Of a DNA stretch of 64,000 nt, positions 45,499-53,799 are shown piece by piece (position 1 is the stretch's first letter; the number at the start of each line of letters is the position of its first letter). The notes below the pieces were generated by a model, which saw only the letters and a program-made list of their open reading frames with translations, searched no databases and was not told the DNA's origin. Source of the DNA: a virus; the IMG/VR virus record IMGVR_UViG_3300027806_000001, positions 64,001-128,000 of that record; one strand, written 5' to 3'. Both the position numbers and the translations under genes were made by a program.

Positions 45499-45812
45499 TC
45501 GGAACCTCCTTTGCCGTTGCCGTAGCCATTACCCCGGCCATCGCCGTAGCCCCTGCCATCGCCGTGGCCTACGCCTATGCCTGCACCGTAGCCCTGACCG
45601 TAACCGCTGCCATTGCCGCTGCCACTGCCCCAGCCACCGCCATCGCAGCCCCTGACGATGCCATCGCCGCAGCCACTGCCGTTGCCATTGCCCTGGCCAT
45701 CGCCCCGGCCGTAGCCCCTGCCACCGCCCCAGCCGCCACCTGAGCCGCCTGCGCTGCCCTCGCCACAGCCTCGACCGTTGCCATTACCTTGGCCATTACC
45801 TGGGTTGCTCAT
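45495..45812 (-). CDS. (Gly-X)n micro-protein, cluster E
   Basis: Leader MSNPGNG; ends GNGKGGSE. Confidence 0.7.
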   Translation of the reverse strand: MSNPGNGQGNGNGRGCGEGSAGGSGGGWGGGRGYGRGDGQGNGNGSGCGDGIVRGCDGGGWGSGSGNGSGYGQGYGAGIGVGHGDGRGYGDGRGNGYGNGKGGSE

Positions 45813-46518
45813 CTGTCCTCCTGCTGCTTGATCGCTCCACCGTGGTGGTGGTGACGGAGTCCCCTACGGTGATGACCTCCTTGACCATCTTGTCGTCCCG
45901 GTCGAGCCAGGTCTCGATGGTGTTGCCGCTGATCGCGGCGATGGCCAGCTTCTGCGTGCTGAGCAGTTCGCCGGAGGGGGACCAGAGGCGGGTGGTCACC
46001 GTGGTGAGAGAATCCCCGTCCACGTATCTGGAGGTAGTCTTGCAGCTTCCATCCCGGGCGTGGAGATGCGTCGTTCCATTGGAATCCTCGAGCTCGACGT
46101 CGCCGTTCTCACGCAGGGTCACCTTGAGGACGCTCATGCCCCTGGCGTGGATGACGCGGTCCTTGGCCGGCTCCGCCTTCGGCTCCGGGATCCGCTCCAT
46201 GAGGCGCCAGTGCCTGCAGGACAGGGAGTACGACGAGGTCTCGGGACACGTTCTGCAGGCTTTGGAGTCCACGTCGTCGGCAAAGAAGTCGTACATCTGC
46301 TCCTCCCACAGCACGCACCTCAGCCCGATGTGCAGCACCCGCAGGAAGACGATGTTTCCTACGCCTTTGTCGCAGGCGGTGTAGCGCTCGACTCCGGAGA
46401 TCACGTCCCCTACCTTGAGCCCCCATGTCCTCGCGGTTGCTGCCGGAGGCTCCACCATGTCCCCCCGGCCCAGCTCCCGGACCACCCGGTAGCCGTTCAC
46501 TTCCTGGAAATCGCTCAT
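45796..46518 (-). CDS. Hypothetical protein (WGLKVGD paralog)
   Basis: Start MSDFQEV; ARTWGLKVGDVI. Confidence 0.6.
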   Translation of the reverse strand: MSDFQEVNGYRVVRELGRGDMVEPPAATARTWGLKVGDVISGVERYTACDKGVGNIVFLRVLHIGLRCVLWEEQMYDFFADDVDSKACRTCPETSSYSLSCRHWRLMERIPEPKAEPAKDRVIHARGMSVLKVTLRENGDVELEDSNGTTHLHARDGSCKTTSRYVDGDSLTTVTTRLWSPSGELLSTQKLAIAAISGNTIETWLDRDDKMVKEVITVGDSVTTTTVERSSSRRTDEQPR

Positions 46519-47003
46519 CTGTCCTCCTTGGTTTCTTGTTCGTTGTACAGGTAGCCCCAGCCGCAGACTTCCGCGACCGACTCGGGAGTCGTGCACTCCA
46601 CCGTCTTCCCGTCGACTCGGCGGTACACGCCACCCATTCGCGCACACAGCTCGCAAACCCGGATCCGCGCCTCGTCGCGCTCCTTGACCGCGTCCAGGAG
46701 TTCCCTGCGCAGGACCAGGATCTCATCGGCCTGGCTCAGGCGCTCTTCGCCCTTCGGAGTTCCGTCCGGGTAGGCCCACTTGTGCCTTGTGGGGTAGTCG
46801 ACCAAGGAGCTCAGGTAGAGGATCCTGCCCTCTTTGGTCGGCTTCCAGATCCGCCTCCAGGCCCCGGTCTCGCCGTGAGACTGGTGGGAGCACGTGGCTA
46901 TGAAGCTCCAAGTACTGCTTCGGGGGTACTGCTCAAGCAGCCACCTGAGCGCAGGCTTGTCCTCCTCTGAAGAGTTTGACTCTATCTCCTTGATGATGCT
47001 CAT
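46515..47003 (-). CDS. Hypothetical, RDEA...GWGYL paralog
   Basis: ERDEARIRVC...GWGYLYN..ETKEDR. Confidence 0.6.
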   Translation of the reverse strand: MSIIKEIESNSSEEDKPALRWLLEQYPRSSTWSFIATCSHQSHGETGAWRRIWKPTKEGRILYLSSLVDYPTRHKWAYPDGTPKGEERLSQADEILVLRRELLDAVKERDEARIRVCELCARMGGVYRRVDGKTVECTTPESVAEVCGWGYLYNEQETKEDR

Positions 47004-47317
47004 CTGTCCTCCTTGGCTTCTCGCTGGTTGTACAGGTAGCCCCAGCCGCGGATCCTGGCGTGCCTGGCCGCGTCGTCGATGCTGCCGTTGGAGCTCAGCT
47101 CGCAGACCTCGATCCTGGCGTTGTCCCGCTCCTTGATCAGGGATTCCAGGTTGCGCAGGTGCTCCATTGCGACTTCGTGATGCTGCCTGTTCGCGCCCTT
47201 CATTGCGTCCAGCATCTCGGTGCGAGCCCGTTGCTCGCCCCGTACCGCCACGACGATGAAGATGGAGAACACGATCGAAGAGAAGACGATCGCCGCGCTG
47301 ATCATTGATTCAAACAT
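47000..47317 (-). CDS. Single-TM protein, RDNA...GWGYL paralog
   Basis: ERDNARIEVC...GWGYLYN..EAKEDR. Confidence 0.6.
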   Translation of the reverse strand: MFESMISAAIVFSSIVFSIFIVVAVRGEQRARTEMLDAMKGANRQHHEVAMEHLRNLESLIKERDNARIEVCELSSNGSIDDAARHARIRGWGYLYNQREAKEDR

Positions 47318-47735
47318 TCTTTGTCTCCTTGTTCATGAGGTAGTTCCTGATCCGAACCATCTCCTCGCACCGGTAGAACGTGGCCACCCAGATCCTCGTC
47401 TCCCCGTCGTGGGCACTGCTCCGCACGTTGTGGCCGTTCACGGCCATGTAGTCCTCCAGGCCCTTCCTGGTGAGGGAGATCATGACGGTCTCCCACCGGT
47501 CCACGTAGCCGAACTCCTCGATCCCCTCCCGGTCCTCGTCCTCGGGCTCCGGCACCTCCTCGTAGTCGCCGGACAGCATGTCGATCCAGACGGTCTTGCC
47601 GTCGGAGTAGTTGGGGTCGAACCCCCGGTCGCGCACCTTGATCTGCAGGCAGAACATGGGGTCGCGCGTGCCGTGGTCGTTGCTGGCGGCGTCCGCCCTG
47701 AGCCGCTCCGAGATGTCCGAGATGTCGTCAGTCAT
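47310..47735 (-). CDS. Conserved phage hypothetical protein
   Basis: NDHGTRDPMF.LQ; WE.V....TR.G.E.Y...N.HN. Confidence 0.6.
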   Translation of the reverse strand: MTDDISDISERLRADAASNDHGTRDPMFCLQIKVRDRGFDPNYSDGKTVWIDMLSGDYEEVPEPEDEDREGIEEFGYVDRWETVMISLTRKGLEDYMAVNGHNVRSSAHDGETRIWVATFYRCEEMVRIRNYLMNKETKNV

Positions 47736-47756
47736 TTCTTTTTTCCTCTTTTTCTT

Positions 47757-47975
47757 TCAGAACTTCTTGAGGCAGTACGCCACGATGTCGGTCAAGTCGT
47801 GGACCTTTCTTCGCTCCTCCCCTGCGAGGGTGTGCCACTTGTCGCCGTTCAGCTTGGCACAGTGAAGCTCATGCTCGAGCTGTGCCACCTTGGCCTTCAG
47901 ATCCTTGACCTGCTTCTTCAGGGAATCCGCCTCGCCCGGTTCCAGCTTTTCATTCGGCGTGTTGTTGTTGCTCAT
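47757..47975 (-). CDS. Small coiled-coil protein
   Basis: 72 aa heptad pattern. Confidence 0.5.
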   Translation of the reverse strand: MSNNNTPNEKLEPGEADSLKKQVKDLKAKVAQLEHELHCAKLNGDKWHTLAGEERRKVHDLTDIVAYCLKKF

Positions 47976-48301
47976 GGCTCGGTCTCCTGCTGCGGCTTGA
48001 TCATCCCCAGCACCTCGAAGATGTCAACCGCCTTGAATTCGATCGGCGTGCGCCCCGCCGCACCCTCATCCGGGCCATCCTTGGTCAGGGGGTGGCTGCT
48101 GTCCGTTCCGGGATTGAGGTCGATCTCGTATTCGTAGAAATCGACCTCCGACGGGTTGTCGCCCGAGTAGTTGTCGAGAATCCACTGCTTCCGCTCCGCC
48201 CTCTTCTCGGCCGAATCGAATGCCTCGGCTCCGGTCTTGAAGACAGTCCAATCCTCCGATGCACCCGTATCCTCGTCCGCGAACAGAATGTACAACTTCA
48301 T
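47972..48301 (-). CDS. Acidic hypothetical protein
   Basis: 109 aa, coupled. Confidence 0.5.
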   Translation of the reverse strand: MKLYILFADEDTGASEDWTVFKTGAEAFDSAEKRAERKQWILDNYSGDNPSEVDFYEYEIDLNPGTDSSHPLTKDGPDEGAAGRTPIEFKAVDIFEVLGMIKPQQETEP

Positions 48302-48549
48302 GGCTTGGCTCCCTTTCGCTTGGTTTTCTTCCTCTTGGCCGGCAGCAGGTACTCCCAGCCCCGCTGCTTTAGCTCCTGCCTCAGTTCCCGGGCGGACCAG
48401 CGCTCCCGCCAGCAGGCGATCAGCTCCGCCCTGGAGGCATCGCGCTCCTGCTCGATCATGGCGGACACCTCGGCAGGCACCGCCTTGACGTCACCCAGCC
48501 AGCACAGGGCGTGGAACGTGTTCTCGGATGTCCTAGTGGTCCTGGTCAT
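48298..48549 (-). CDS. Hypothetical, GWEYL paralog
   Basis: QERDASR...KQRGWEYLL. Confidence 0.5.
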   Translation of the reverse strand: MTRTTRTSENTFHALCWLGDVKAVPAEVSAMIEQERDASRAELIACWRERWSARELRQELKQRGWEYLLPAKRKKTKRKGAKP

Positions 48550-48928
48550 TCTCCGCCTCCTTGAGTCCGGAGGTCAGCTCCTCGGGCCTGCGCGACAGGG
48601 CGAGCGCCCTGCGCATCAGCTCGCCTGCGCGGGCCGACTGCCCATTGAAGTAGTAGGCGGCGGAGGCATGCCCCTTCCACACCTTCCTCAGCAGGGCATG
48701 CAGGCGGTGCAGCTCGTCCGCGGCCTGCGCATGGGTCCGCGCCCTCTCCAGCAAATCGAGGGTCTCCGTTATATCGACGTGCAGCTTGTCCAGCTCCTTC
48801 AGCACCCCCGTCACCCTGCTGTCCGGCAGGGCGGCATAGGCAGCCTGCTCCTTGAGCGACCGCAGCGGCGGCACGGGCACGCCGTCCACCCACATGTCCG
48901 GGGCCAGCCGCTTCCTCTTCTTAGCCAT
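48533..48928 (-). CDS. Hypothetical helical protein
   Basis: RBS aaaggaga. Confidence 0.55.
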   Translation of the reverse strand: MAKKRKRLAPDMWVDGVPVPPLRSLKEQAAYAALPDSRVTGVLKELDKLHVDITETLDLLERARTHAQAADELHRLHALLRKVWKGHASAAYYFNGQSARAGELMRRALALSRRPEELTSGLKEAENDQDH

Positions 48929-49036
48929 CCGATTCTCCTTTCATTGCTAAAGGACGCGCATGGGCGCACGTCCTGGGCGCAAAAGCCCGGCCGGGGGGTC
49001 GGGTGTACCCCCCGGCCGGGCAAGCGTGTCCCGGGC

Positions 49037-49489
49037 TCAGCCCTGGGACTTGATGGAGACGGACACGATGCGTCCGTTTCCGTTCTTCGTGACCACGAGG
49101 CCCAGCTCGCGGTCCGCGGCGAGGTGCCGCAGGTTCTGGCCGACGCGCTGGCCGCTGGCGCGGAGGCGGCTGGCCAGCTTGACGGCCGTGATGCCGTCCT
49201 CGCCGGCCTCCTTGACCAGGGCGAGGATCTGGTCCTTCAGCGCCTTGCGGCGCTCGAGGAGGACCGGGTAGGACACCCGGCGCTTGCGGCGGACCTTGCG
49301 GGGCTTGGCCTTGGGCGCGGCCTCGAGGTCGGCCTCGGCGACCGAGTTCTTCGAGCGCTTGTCGCCGGCCGGCACCAGGCTGACCTGCAGGTCGAAGCCC
49401 GCCACCTCGGCGAGGCCGCGGGCCTGCTCGACCATTGCGATGATGCCAGCCATGGGGCCGTACACGTTGCTGCTGTTCTTGTTCTTCAT
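49037..49489 (-). CDS. DNA-binding protein, C-terminal winged helix
   Basis: QILALVKEAGEDGITAVKLASRL..SGQRVGQNLRHL. Confidence 0.6.
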   Translation of the reverse strand: MKNKNSSNVYGPMAGIIAMVEQARGLAEVAGFDLQVSLVPAGDKRSKNSVAEADLEAAPKAKPRKVRRKRRVSYPVLLERRKALKDQILALVKEAGEDGITAVKLASRLRASGQRVGQNLRHLAADRELGLVVTKNGNGRIVSVSIKSQG

Positions 49490-49586
49490 ATCTGAACCCT
49501 TTCTTGCCGGACGGTCTCCGGCGGGACACGCTTGCTGACTGACGGCCCGGGGAACACCCCCGGGCCTGCCTGACATCCTGCGCGGG

Positions 49587-50165
49587 CTACACCCGCTCGC
49601 GCCGGATCCGCCTGAGCCTCGCCTTGAGGATCAAGCCCTGTTCCCACGACAGGTGGGGCCATGGCCCCTCCTCGTCGCCCTGTAACGTCCTGGCCGTGGC
49701 CAGGGCCTGCTCAGGGCTCACCGGCGACGCCACGCCGTCGGTGAGCACCCAGCCTCCCGGCCACCACTCGGGGCACGTATTGAGCGCCTCGGGCGGGCAC
49801 ATCTCCCGCAGCTCCTGGGCGTCGTCCCCCTGCGCCAGGCCGATGCGGCCGTGGGCGGGCAGCACGACCTTGACCAGCGGGGTGGCCAGCGCGACACGGA
49901 TGTCCCGCTCCCACATCCAGACATGGCCGGCCGGATGCGGGCCCTCCCCGTGATGGACCACCAGCATCTCGTGGCCCGTGCCCGTCCACGAGAGGAGGTA
50001 CTCGTAGAGGCTCTCCATCGCCAGCACCTGCCGCTGGTCCATGCCGGACGGATCCCGCATGGCGTGGAGCAGATCCGAGATGACCAGCAGGCACTGCTGC
50101 TCGGAGAGCGTCCACGGGCAGATCGTCTGGTACTTGGACCAGATCTCCAAGGCCTTCGCCTTCAT
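49587..50165 (-). CDS. Hypothetical protein
   Basis: 192 aa, coupled. Confidence 0.5.
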   Translation of the reverse strand: MKAKALEIWSKYQTICPWTLSEQQCLLVISDLLHAMRDPSGMDQRQVLAMESLYEYLLSWTGTGHEMLVVHHGEGPHPAGHVWMWERDIRVALATPLVKVVLPAHGRIGLAQGDDAQELREMCPPEALNTCPEWWPGGWVLTDGVASPVSPEQALATARTLQGDEEGPWPHLSWEQGLILKARLRRIRRERV

Positions 50166-50641
50166 GCCCTTTCCTTTCTGGCCTTCGCGGCCTTGAGCAC
50201 CTTGGCCCAGTAGGCCTTGGTGCCCTGCTTGGAGTGGCCCTTTGGACCACCGTTGTGGATTCTGGCCAGGTCCTCCCAGGTGGCGCCCTTGGGGGCGTAC
50301 CTGGTCAGGTAGGCCTTGACGACCTCCCGGGCATACGCCCGGTTGGTCACGGCAGAGTAGCCTTGAGCCTTCAGGTCAGGCCTGCGCTCGACAGCGTCGA
50401 GCCAGTAGACACGCCAGATCTGAAAAGCCCCTAGCGCCTTGCCTCCGTCTCCGACGGCTTGGTCAGGGTTCGACTCTCCTCCGGACTCCACGGCCTGGAG
50501 CGCGTCCAGGAACGTGTCCCAGTCGAGGTCGACCCCTCCTACATCGCGGACATCCTGTCCACGGAGTTCGCCCTTGGCGAATGCCTCGGGCTGGCTGGCC
50601 GCCACGAGGGCGGCCACGATGAGAATGAGAACGGTCTTCAT
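50162..50641 (-). CDS. Secreted lysozyme-like muramidase (i-type/destabilase-like)
   Basis: Signal peptide; AVESGG, GDGG..LGAFQI...YW.DA, ARIHNGGP.G. Confidence 0.75.
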   Translation of the reverse strand: MKTVLILIVAALVAASQPEAFAKGELRGQDVRDVGGVDLDWDTFLDALQAVESGGESNPDQAVGDGGKALGAFQIWRVYWLDAVERRPDLKAQGYSAVTNRAYAREVVKAYLTRYAPKGATWEDLARIHNGGPKGHSKQGTKAYWAKVLKAAKARKERA

Positions 50642-50729
50642 TGAAGTTCCTTCCTCACCCTTCTCTCCTCCGTGCCGGGCTACGCCGCCCGGCAGGTCAT
50701 CCTGGGAATGCTACGGGCATCCCCGTCTT

Positions 50730-50758
50730 ATTGTCACACGGGCACGCCCCGTGTTTAG
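50730..50758 (-). promoter_or_regulatory. CTAAAC-N17-GACAAT promoter
   Basis: 17-nt spacer, CGTGT before the -10. Confidence 0.7.
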
Positions 50759-51177
50759 CACCTGACGTCGTCCTCCGGGGGAGGCTTGGACACCGAGGCC
50801 TGCTGCTTGGCCTCGCGGCTCTTGCGAATCCGATCCGCCGTCGCCTGCTCCTCCTCGGGGGTCATGCCGACGGTGACGAACTTCCGGGCCAGGCCCAGGC
50901 TCATCCCCGAGCTGTCGGCGATCTCCCTGGCCTCCCGCTCGGTCCGCTCCTTCTGCAGCAGGGCCTTGACCCGGACCTCAAGCTCGTCCAGGCGGGCGTC
51001 TATGGCCTCAATCAGCGCCTGCCTGAGGCGATCCTCGGCCTCGTCGCAGGCCTTGTCGAACTCGTAGCCGCTGTAGCCCCAGCAGTATCCACCGTTCTTG
51101 ATGTGCTTGCGCAAGGCCTCATCCCGCTCCTGCTCGCGCTTCAGCGACTCTCGCAGCGCCTTGATCAGGTCCTTCAT
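50755..51177 (-). CDS. Hypothetical helical protein
   Basis: Start MKDLIKAL overlaps upstream stop. Confidence 0.5.
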   Translation of the reverse strand: MKDLIKALRESLKREQERDEALRKHIKNGGYCWGYSGYEFDKACDEAEDRLRQALIEAIDARLDELEVRVKALLQKERTEREAREIADSSGMSLGLARKFVTVGMTPEEEQATADRIRKSREAKQQASVSKPPPEDDVRC

Positions 51178-51440
51178 GGCTTGGCCTGCCCTTCTTCTGC
51201 CGCCCTCAGGGCCAGCATGCGGGAGCTGGCGAACGCGAGCGCCTCGGCGAGATCGCGGTGCTGCTTCAAGTCCGCGATGTCGGACAAGGCCTCCACACCG
51301 GTGTCTACGCCGGGATGCAGGAACGCGACCGACGTTTTCGTCCTGCTCGCCGTGCTGGTCACGTACACGTCCACGAGGGAGGACGTGTGCACGATCCTGA
51401 TGTCCCCTTCCTGGGTCTCTATTGTGGTGAACATGTGCAT
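51174..51440 (-). CDS. Hypothetical protein
   Basis: 88 aa. Confidence 0.5.
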   Translation of the reverse strand: MHMFTTIETQEGDIRIVHTSSLVDVYVTSTASRTKTSVAFLHPGVDTGVEALSDIADLKQHRDLAEALAFASSRMLALRAAEEGQAKP

Positions 51441-51503
51441 TCCTCTCAGTTGTCGTCCCGGCGGGATCCAGGCTACGCCGCCCGTATCCCGCCGCGGTAC
51501 TCG

Positions 51504-52097
51504 TCATGCATCCCGGTCGGGCTGCCTGTCCTTGTCCTGGCCGCCCACGTACCGCAGGAACCCCTCTCGGAGCTCCTGCTCCCCCATGATCACGTCCATG
51601 GTGGCGTCGAAGTCCGACAGGACCTCCGCGAGGTCGCGGCCGACGACCACGTTCCGGAAGTCGTGGTACGCCTGGCCCACCACCTGACCTTCCTTGGAGT
51701 AGAAGAACGACACTCCGGTGATCCGGCTGTTCAGGTGGTTCAGGAACTTGAGGGCCTTGGGGTCCTCCGCGTTCCCCGGCAGCCCGCGCCACATGGCCGA
51801 GACGACGATGCGGTCGAGCCCCTTCGGCACCATCTGGACGTCGAGGATGATCACGGGCTTGAACCTGGGCTCGGCATCGGCCGTCCGGTCGAGGACGAGC
51901 ATGCCATCCTGCTCCGAGAGCCACGTGGTCTCCCAGTCGCTGGAGATCCCCTGCAGGGCCTTCACCAGGAGCCTGCCCCCCTGGGCGTCGTCGGTTCCCG
52001 AGTACACGAAGTCCGCGGACTCCGGCGGGGGCGCGGCCCCGGCCATAAGCGTGCATGCCGCCACGGTCACGATCTTGATGCTGTTCCTCACAAGCAT
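51504..52097 (-). CDS. Exported protein, YbjN/chaperone-like fold (tentative)
   Basis: Signal-like N-terminus; ALKFLNHLNSRI..VSFF...EG.V pattern; RBS ggagg. Confidence 0.45.
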   Translation of the reverse strand: MLVRNSIKIVTVAACTLMAGAAPPPESADFVYSGTDDAQGGRLLVKALQGISSDWETTWLSEQDGMLVLDRTADAEPRFKPVIILDVQMVPKGLDRIVVSAMWRGLPGNAEDPKALKFLNHLNSRITGVSFFYSKEGQVVGQAYHDFRNVVVGRDLAEVLSDFDATMDVIMGEQELREGFLRYVGGQDKDRQPDRDA

Positions 52098-52306
52098 GCT
52101 TGCCTCCATTGCTAAAAACTGCGTGCGGAGGCCCGGGCACGGTGCCCGGGCCTCCCTCCTGTCGAAGCCCTGGCCGCACCGCGAGGCACGGCCAGGGCCA
52201 AGGGGAAAAGATGAAAGCCCCGACCGCCTTGGAGGGCGGCCAGGGCCTGGAGGGGGATAGAAAGGCCCACGGCCCCCACCGGGACCGCAGGCCAGGGATG
52301 TATGGG

Positions 52307-52861
52307 TCATGCCTTGACGTCGATCACGGGATCCTTGAGCCGCTGCTCGTTGATCCACTCGATCAGCTTCCTGGCCAGGATGTCGAATTCGCCGAGCTCG
52401 ATGTCCTCGAACTCCGGGGTACTCAAGGCCGGCCAGTGGCCATAGGTGCGGACTGCCCGCCGGAAGGCCACGGCCTTCACCCCTGCGGCCACGTCGTGGG
52501 CCAGATCCCGCAACGTGTCCTTGCGGTAGGTCTCGGCCTGGGTGGGAGAGTCGCAGCACCTGTCGCCCCTGTCCATGTTCTCGAGATCCACCTTGATCTC
52601 CAAGGCCGCGCCCTGCAGCCCCTTCTTCCAGGCGCCCGGCCAGATCTCCATGGCCGCAGAGGGCTCGGCCGGGGGCGGCCAGGTCATCTCGGGCCTGCGC
52701 TGCTCCAGAGGCAGCGCCTCCTCCTGGGCCAGGAGGGTCAGGACCCAGCTGGCTGCCCGGCGGGCCTCCTGCTCGTCCTCTAGGTAGACGGCCAGGGCCT
52801 GGTTGGCCTGGGCCGGGGTGCGTCGAGTCGACCTGGGGGCCATTGGTTGACGTTCTCTCAT
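52307..52861 (-). CDS. Hypothetical protein
   Basis: RBS aggaagga; first gene downstream of tRNA. Confidence 0.5.
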   Translation of the reverse strand: MRERQPMAPRSTRRTPAQANQALAVYLEDEQEARRAASWVLTLLAQEEALPLEQRRPEMTWPPPAEPSAAMEIWPGAWKKGLQGAALEIKVDLENMDRGDRCCDSPTQAETYRKDTLRDLAHDVAAGVKAVAFRRAVRTYGHWPALSTPEFEDIELGEFDILARKLIEWINEQRLKDPVIDVKA

Positions 52862-53025
52862 CGTTTCCTTCCTTTTCTCCTGGGTTGCGCCAGGTGTTGA
52901 GTGGACCGGGTGGGATTCGAACCCACGCCTTATCGATTCAGGTTTGTGTGACTTTAGTCACTCCCTGGACCATCTCATCGCCTTGGCCTTGAAGGGCTTT
53001 AGGCGTCGGACGCTGACTCCGGTAA

Positions 53026-53643
53026 TTAAGAGGACTTCACCTCTCCGGTGGTCTCTGCACCTTCCGCAGGTGTACCTGCGGCTTGGCTCAGGATTGCCTT
53101 GTGGAGGCGGTAGTGCCGCATCCATTTCCTTACGGCGTTGTCGCTCACGCCGTATTTTCTACCTATGGCAAGAAGGGAGTTTTCAGCAAGATCCTGTGTT
53201 AGATCATGTTTGCTGGGCCTTCTTGATCGGGAGGAGATGGCTTGTTTTCGGCACTGCTCTGAACATGTGGCCTTTTGGGCTCCCTGCAGGGTGGCTTCGC
53301 AGCCTTCACAATATTCAGCCTTTTTCCATTTAGGTTTCCCTGAATTCATCCGATTCGCACCCTCAGCTTTCGCTGAGGGGGCACCGCACGACAGCCAATG
53401 CTCGATCCTGGAATGCTGACCTCTGGTAAGCACCAGCAGGTTAGACAGGCGGTTGTTTGCCTTGTCCCCATCCAGATGATGGGTGACTTCGTCCTCCGTC
53501 AAAGGCCTCTCAAGTGACTGTTCCACCACCAGGATATGCTCGTACACATACCCCTTCCAGTTACTCGAGGTCATTGCAGAAGGATGATCTGGACGGTACA
53601 ACACCCTGTAGCCATTCAAGATTCGAGCTGACTTGTCGCCCAT
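53026..53643 (-). CDS. Intron-encoded HNH endonuclease with C-terminal HTH
   Basis: YVYEH..V.E..L.R.L...E.THH.DG.K.NN..SNL; IGRKYGVSDNAVRKW; RBS aggaga. Confidence 0.88.
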   Translation of the reverse strand: MGDKSARILNGYRVLYRPDHPSAMTSSNWKGYVYEHILVVEQSLERPLTEDEVTHHLDGDKANNRLSNLLVLTRGQHSRIEHWLSCGAPSAKAEGANRMNSGKPKWKKAEYCEGCEATLQGAQKATCSEQCRKQAISSRSRRPSKHDLTQDLAENSLLAIGRKYGVSDNAVRKWMRHYRLHKAILSQAAGTPAEGAETTGEVKSS

Positions 53644-53665
53644 GCTGTGTTCTCCTAAGGGCTGC

Positions 53666-53674
53666 ATTATAGCA
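53666..53674 (-). promoter_or_regulatory. Intron-internal extended -10 (TGcTATAAT) for HNH gene
   Basis: Lies in the loop of GGCTGC/GCAGCC inverted repeat, ~25 nt upstream of ATG. Confidence 0.6.
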
Positions 53675-53744
53675 GCCTCTCATTTGAACCTAGGTCATGG
53701 GTGCAGATGAGTCGACGGCTCTGGACCGCTGAGCTACCAGTCCG

Positions 53745-53780
53745 AAAAAAGAGGCCAGGCGGGTTTGACCCCGCCTGGCC
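53745..53780 (-). terminator. Intrinsic terminator between ncRNA and tRNA
   Basis: GGCCAGGCGGG-GTCAAA-CCCGCCTGGCC-TC-TTTTTT. Confidence 0.8.
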
Positions 53781-53799
53781 CTTGCATGTATCAATTACG

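Larger units (their letters stand above)
52939..53706 (-). mobile_element. Group I intron (768 nt) inserted after anticodon
   Basis: P AATTCAGGGAAAC, Q GCAATCCTGAGC, R GGTGCAGAGAC, S GAGATGGTCC, P9 GTGAC-TAAA-GTCAC, terminal G. Confidence 0.88.
52902..53743 (-). tRNA. Intron-split tRNA(CAT), probably Ile2; exons 53707-53743 and 52902-52938
   Basis: Spliced: GGACTGG-TA-GCTC...GAGC-C-GTCGA-CTCAT|AA-TCGAT-AAGGC-GTGGG-TTCGAAT-CCCAC-CCGGTCC-A; G1:C72, not initiator. Confidence 0.88.

Noticed and set aside
1851-45796. Many Ala-rich, Pro-rich and Arg/Cys-rich ORFs overlapping the Gly-rich clusters
   Set aside because: Alternative frames or antisense of GGN-NNN repeats; no RBS or coupling
40672-45812. 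Diversity-generating retroelement acting on Gly-X ORFs (many X codons resemble AAC derivatives)
   Set aside because: No reverse transcriptase or TR/VR pair differing only at adenines seen in the window; AGG, TGG, AAG and GAG codons do not fit
52902-53743. Initiator tRNA-fMet call
   Set aside because: G1:C72 pair and no three consecutive G-C pairs in anticodon stem; elongator Met not fully excluded
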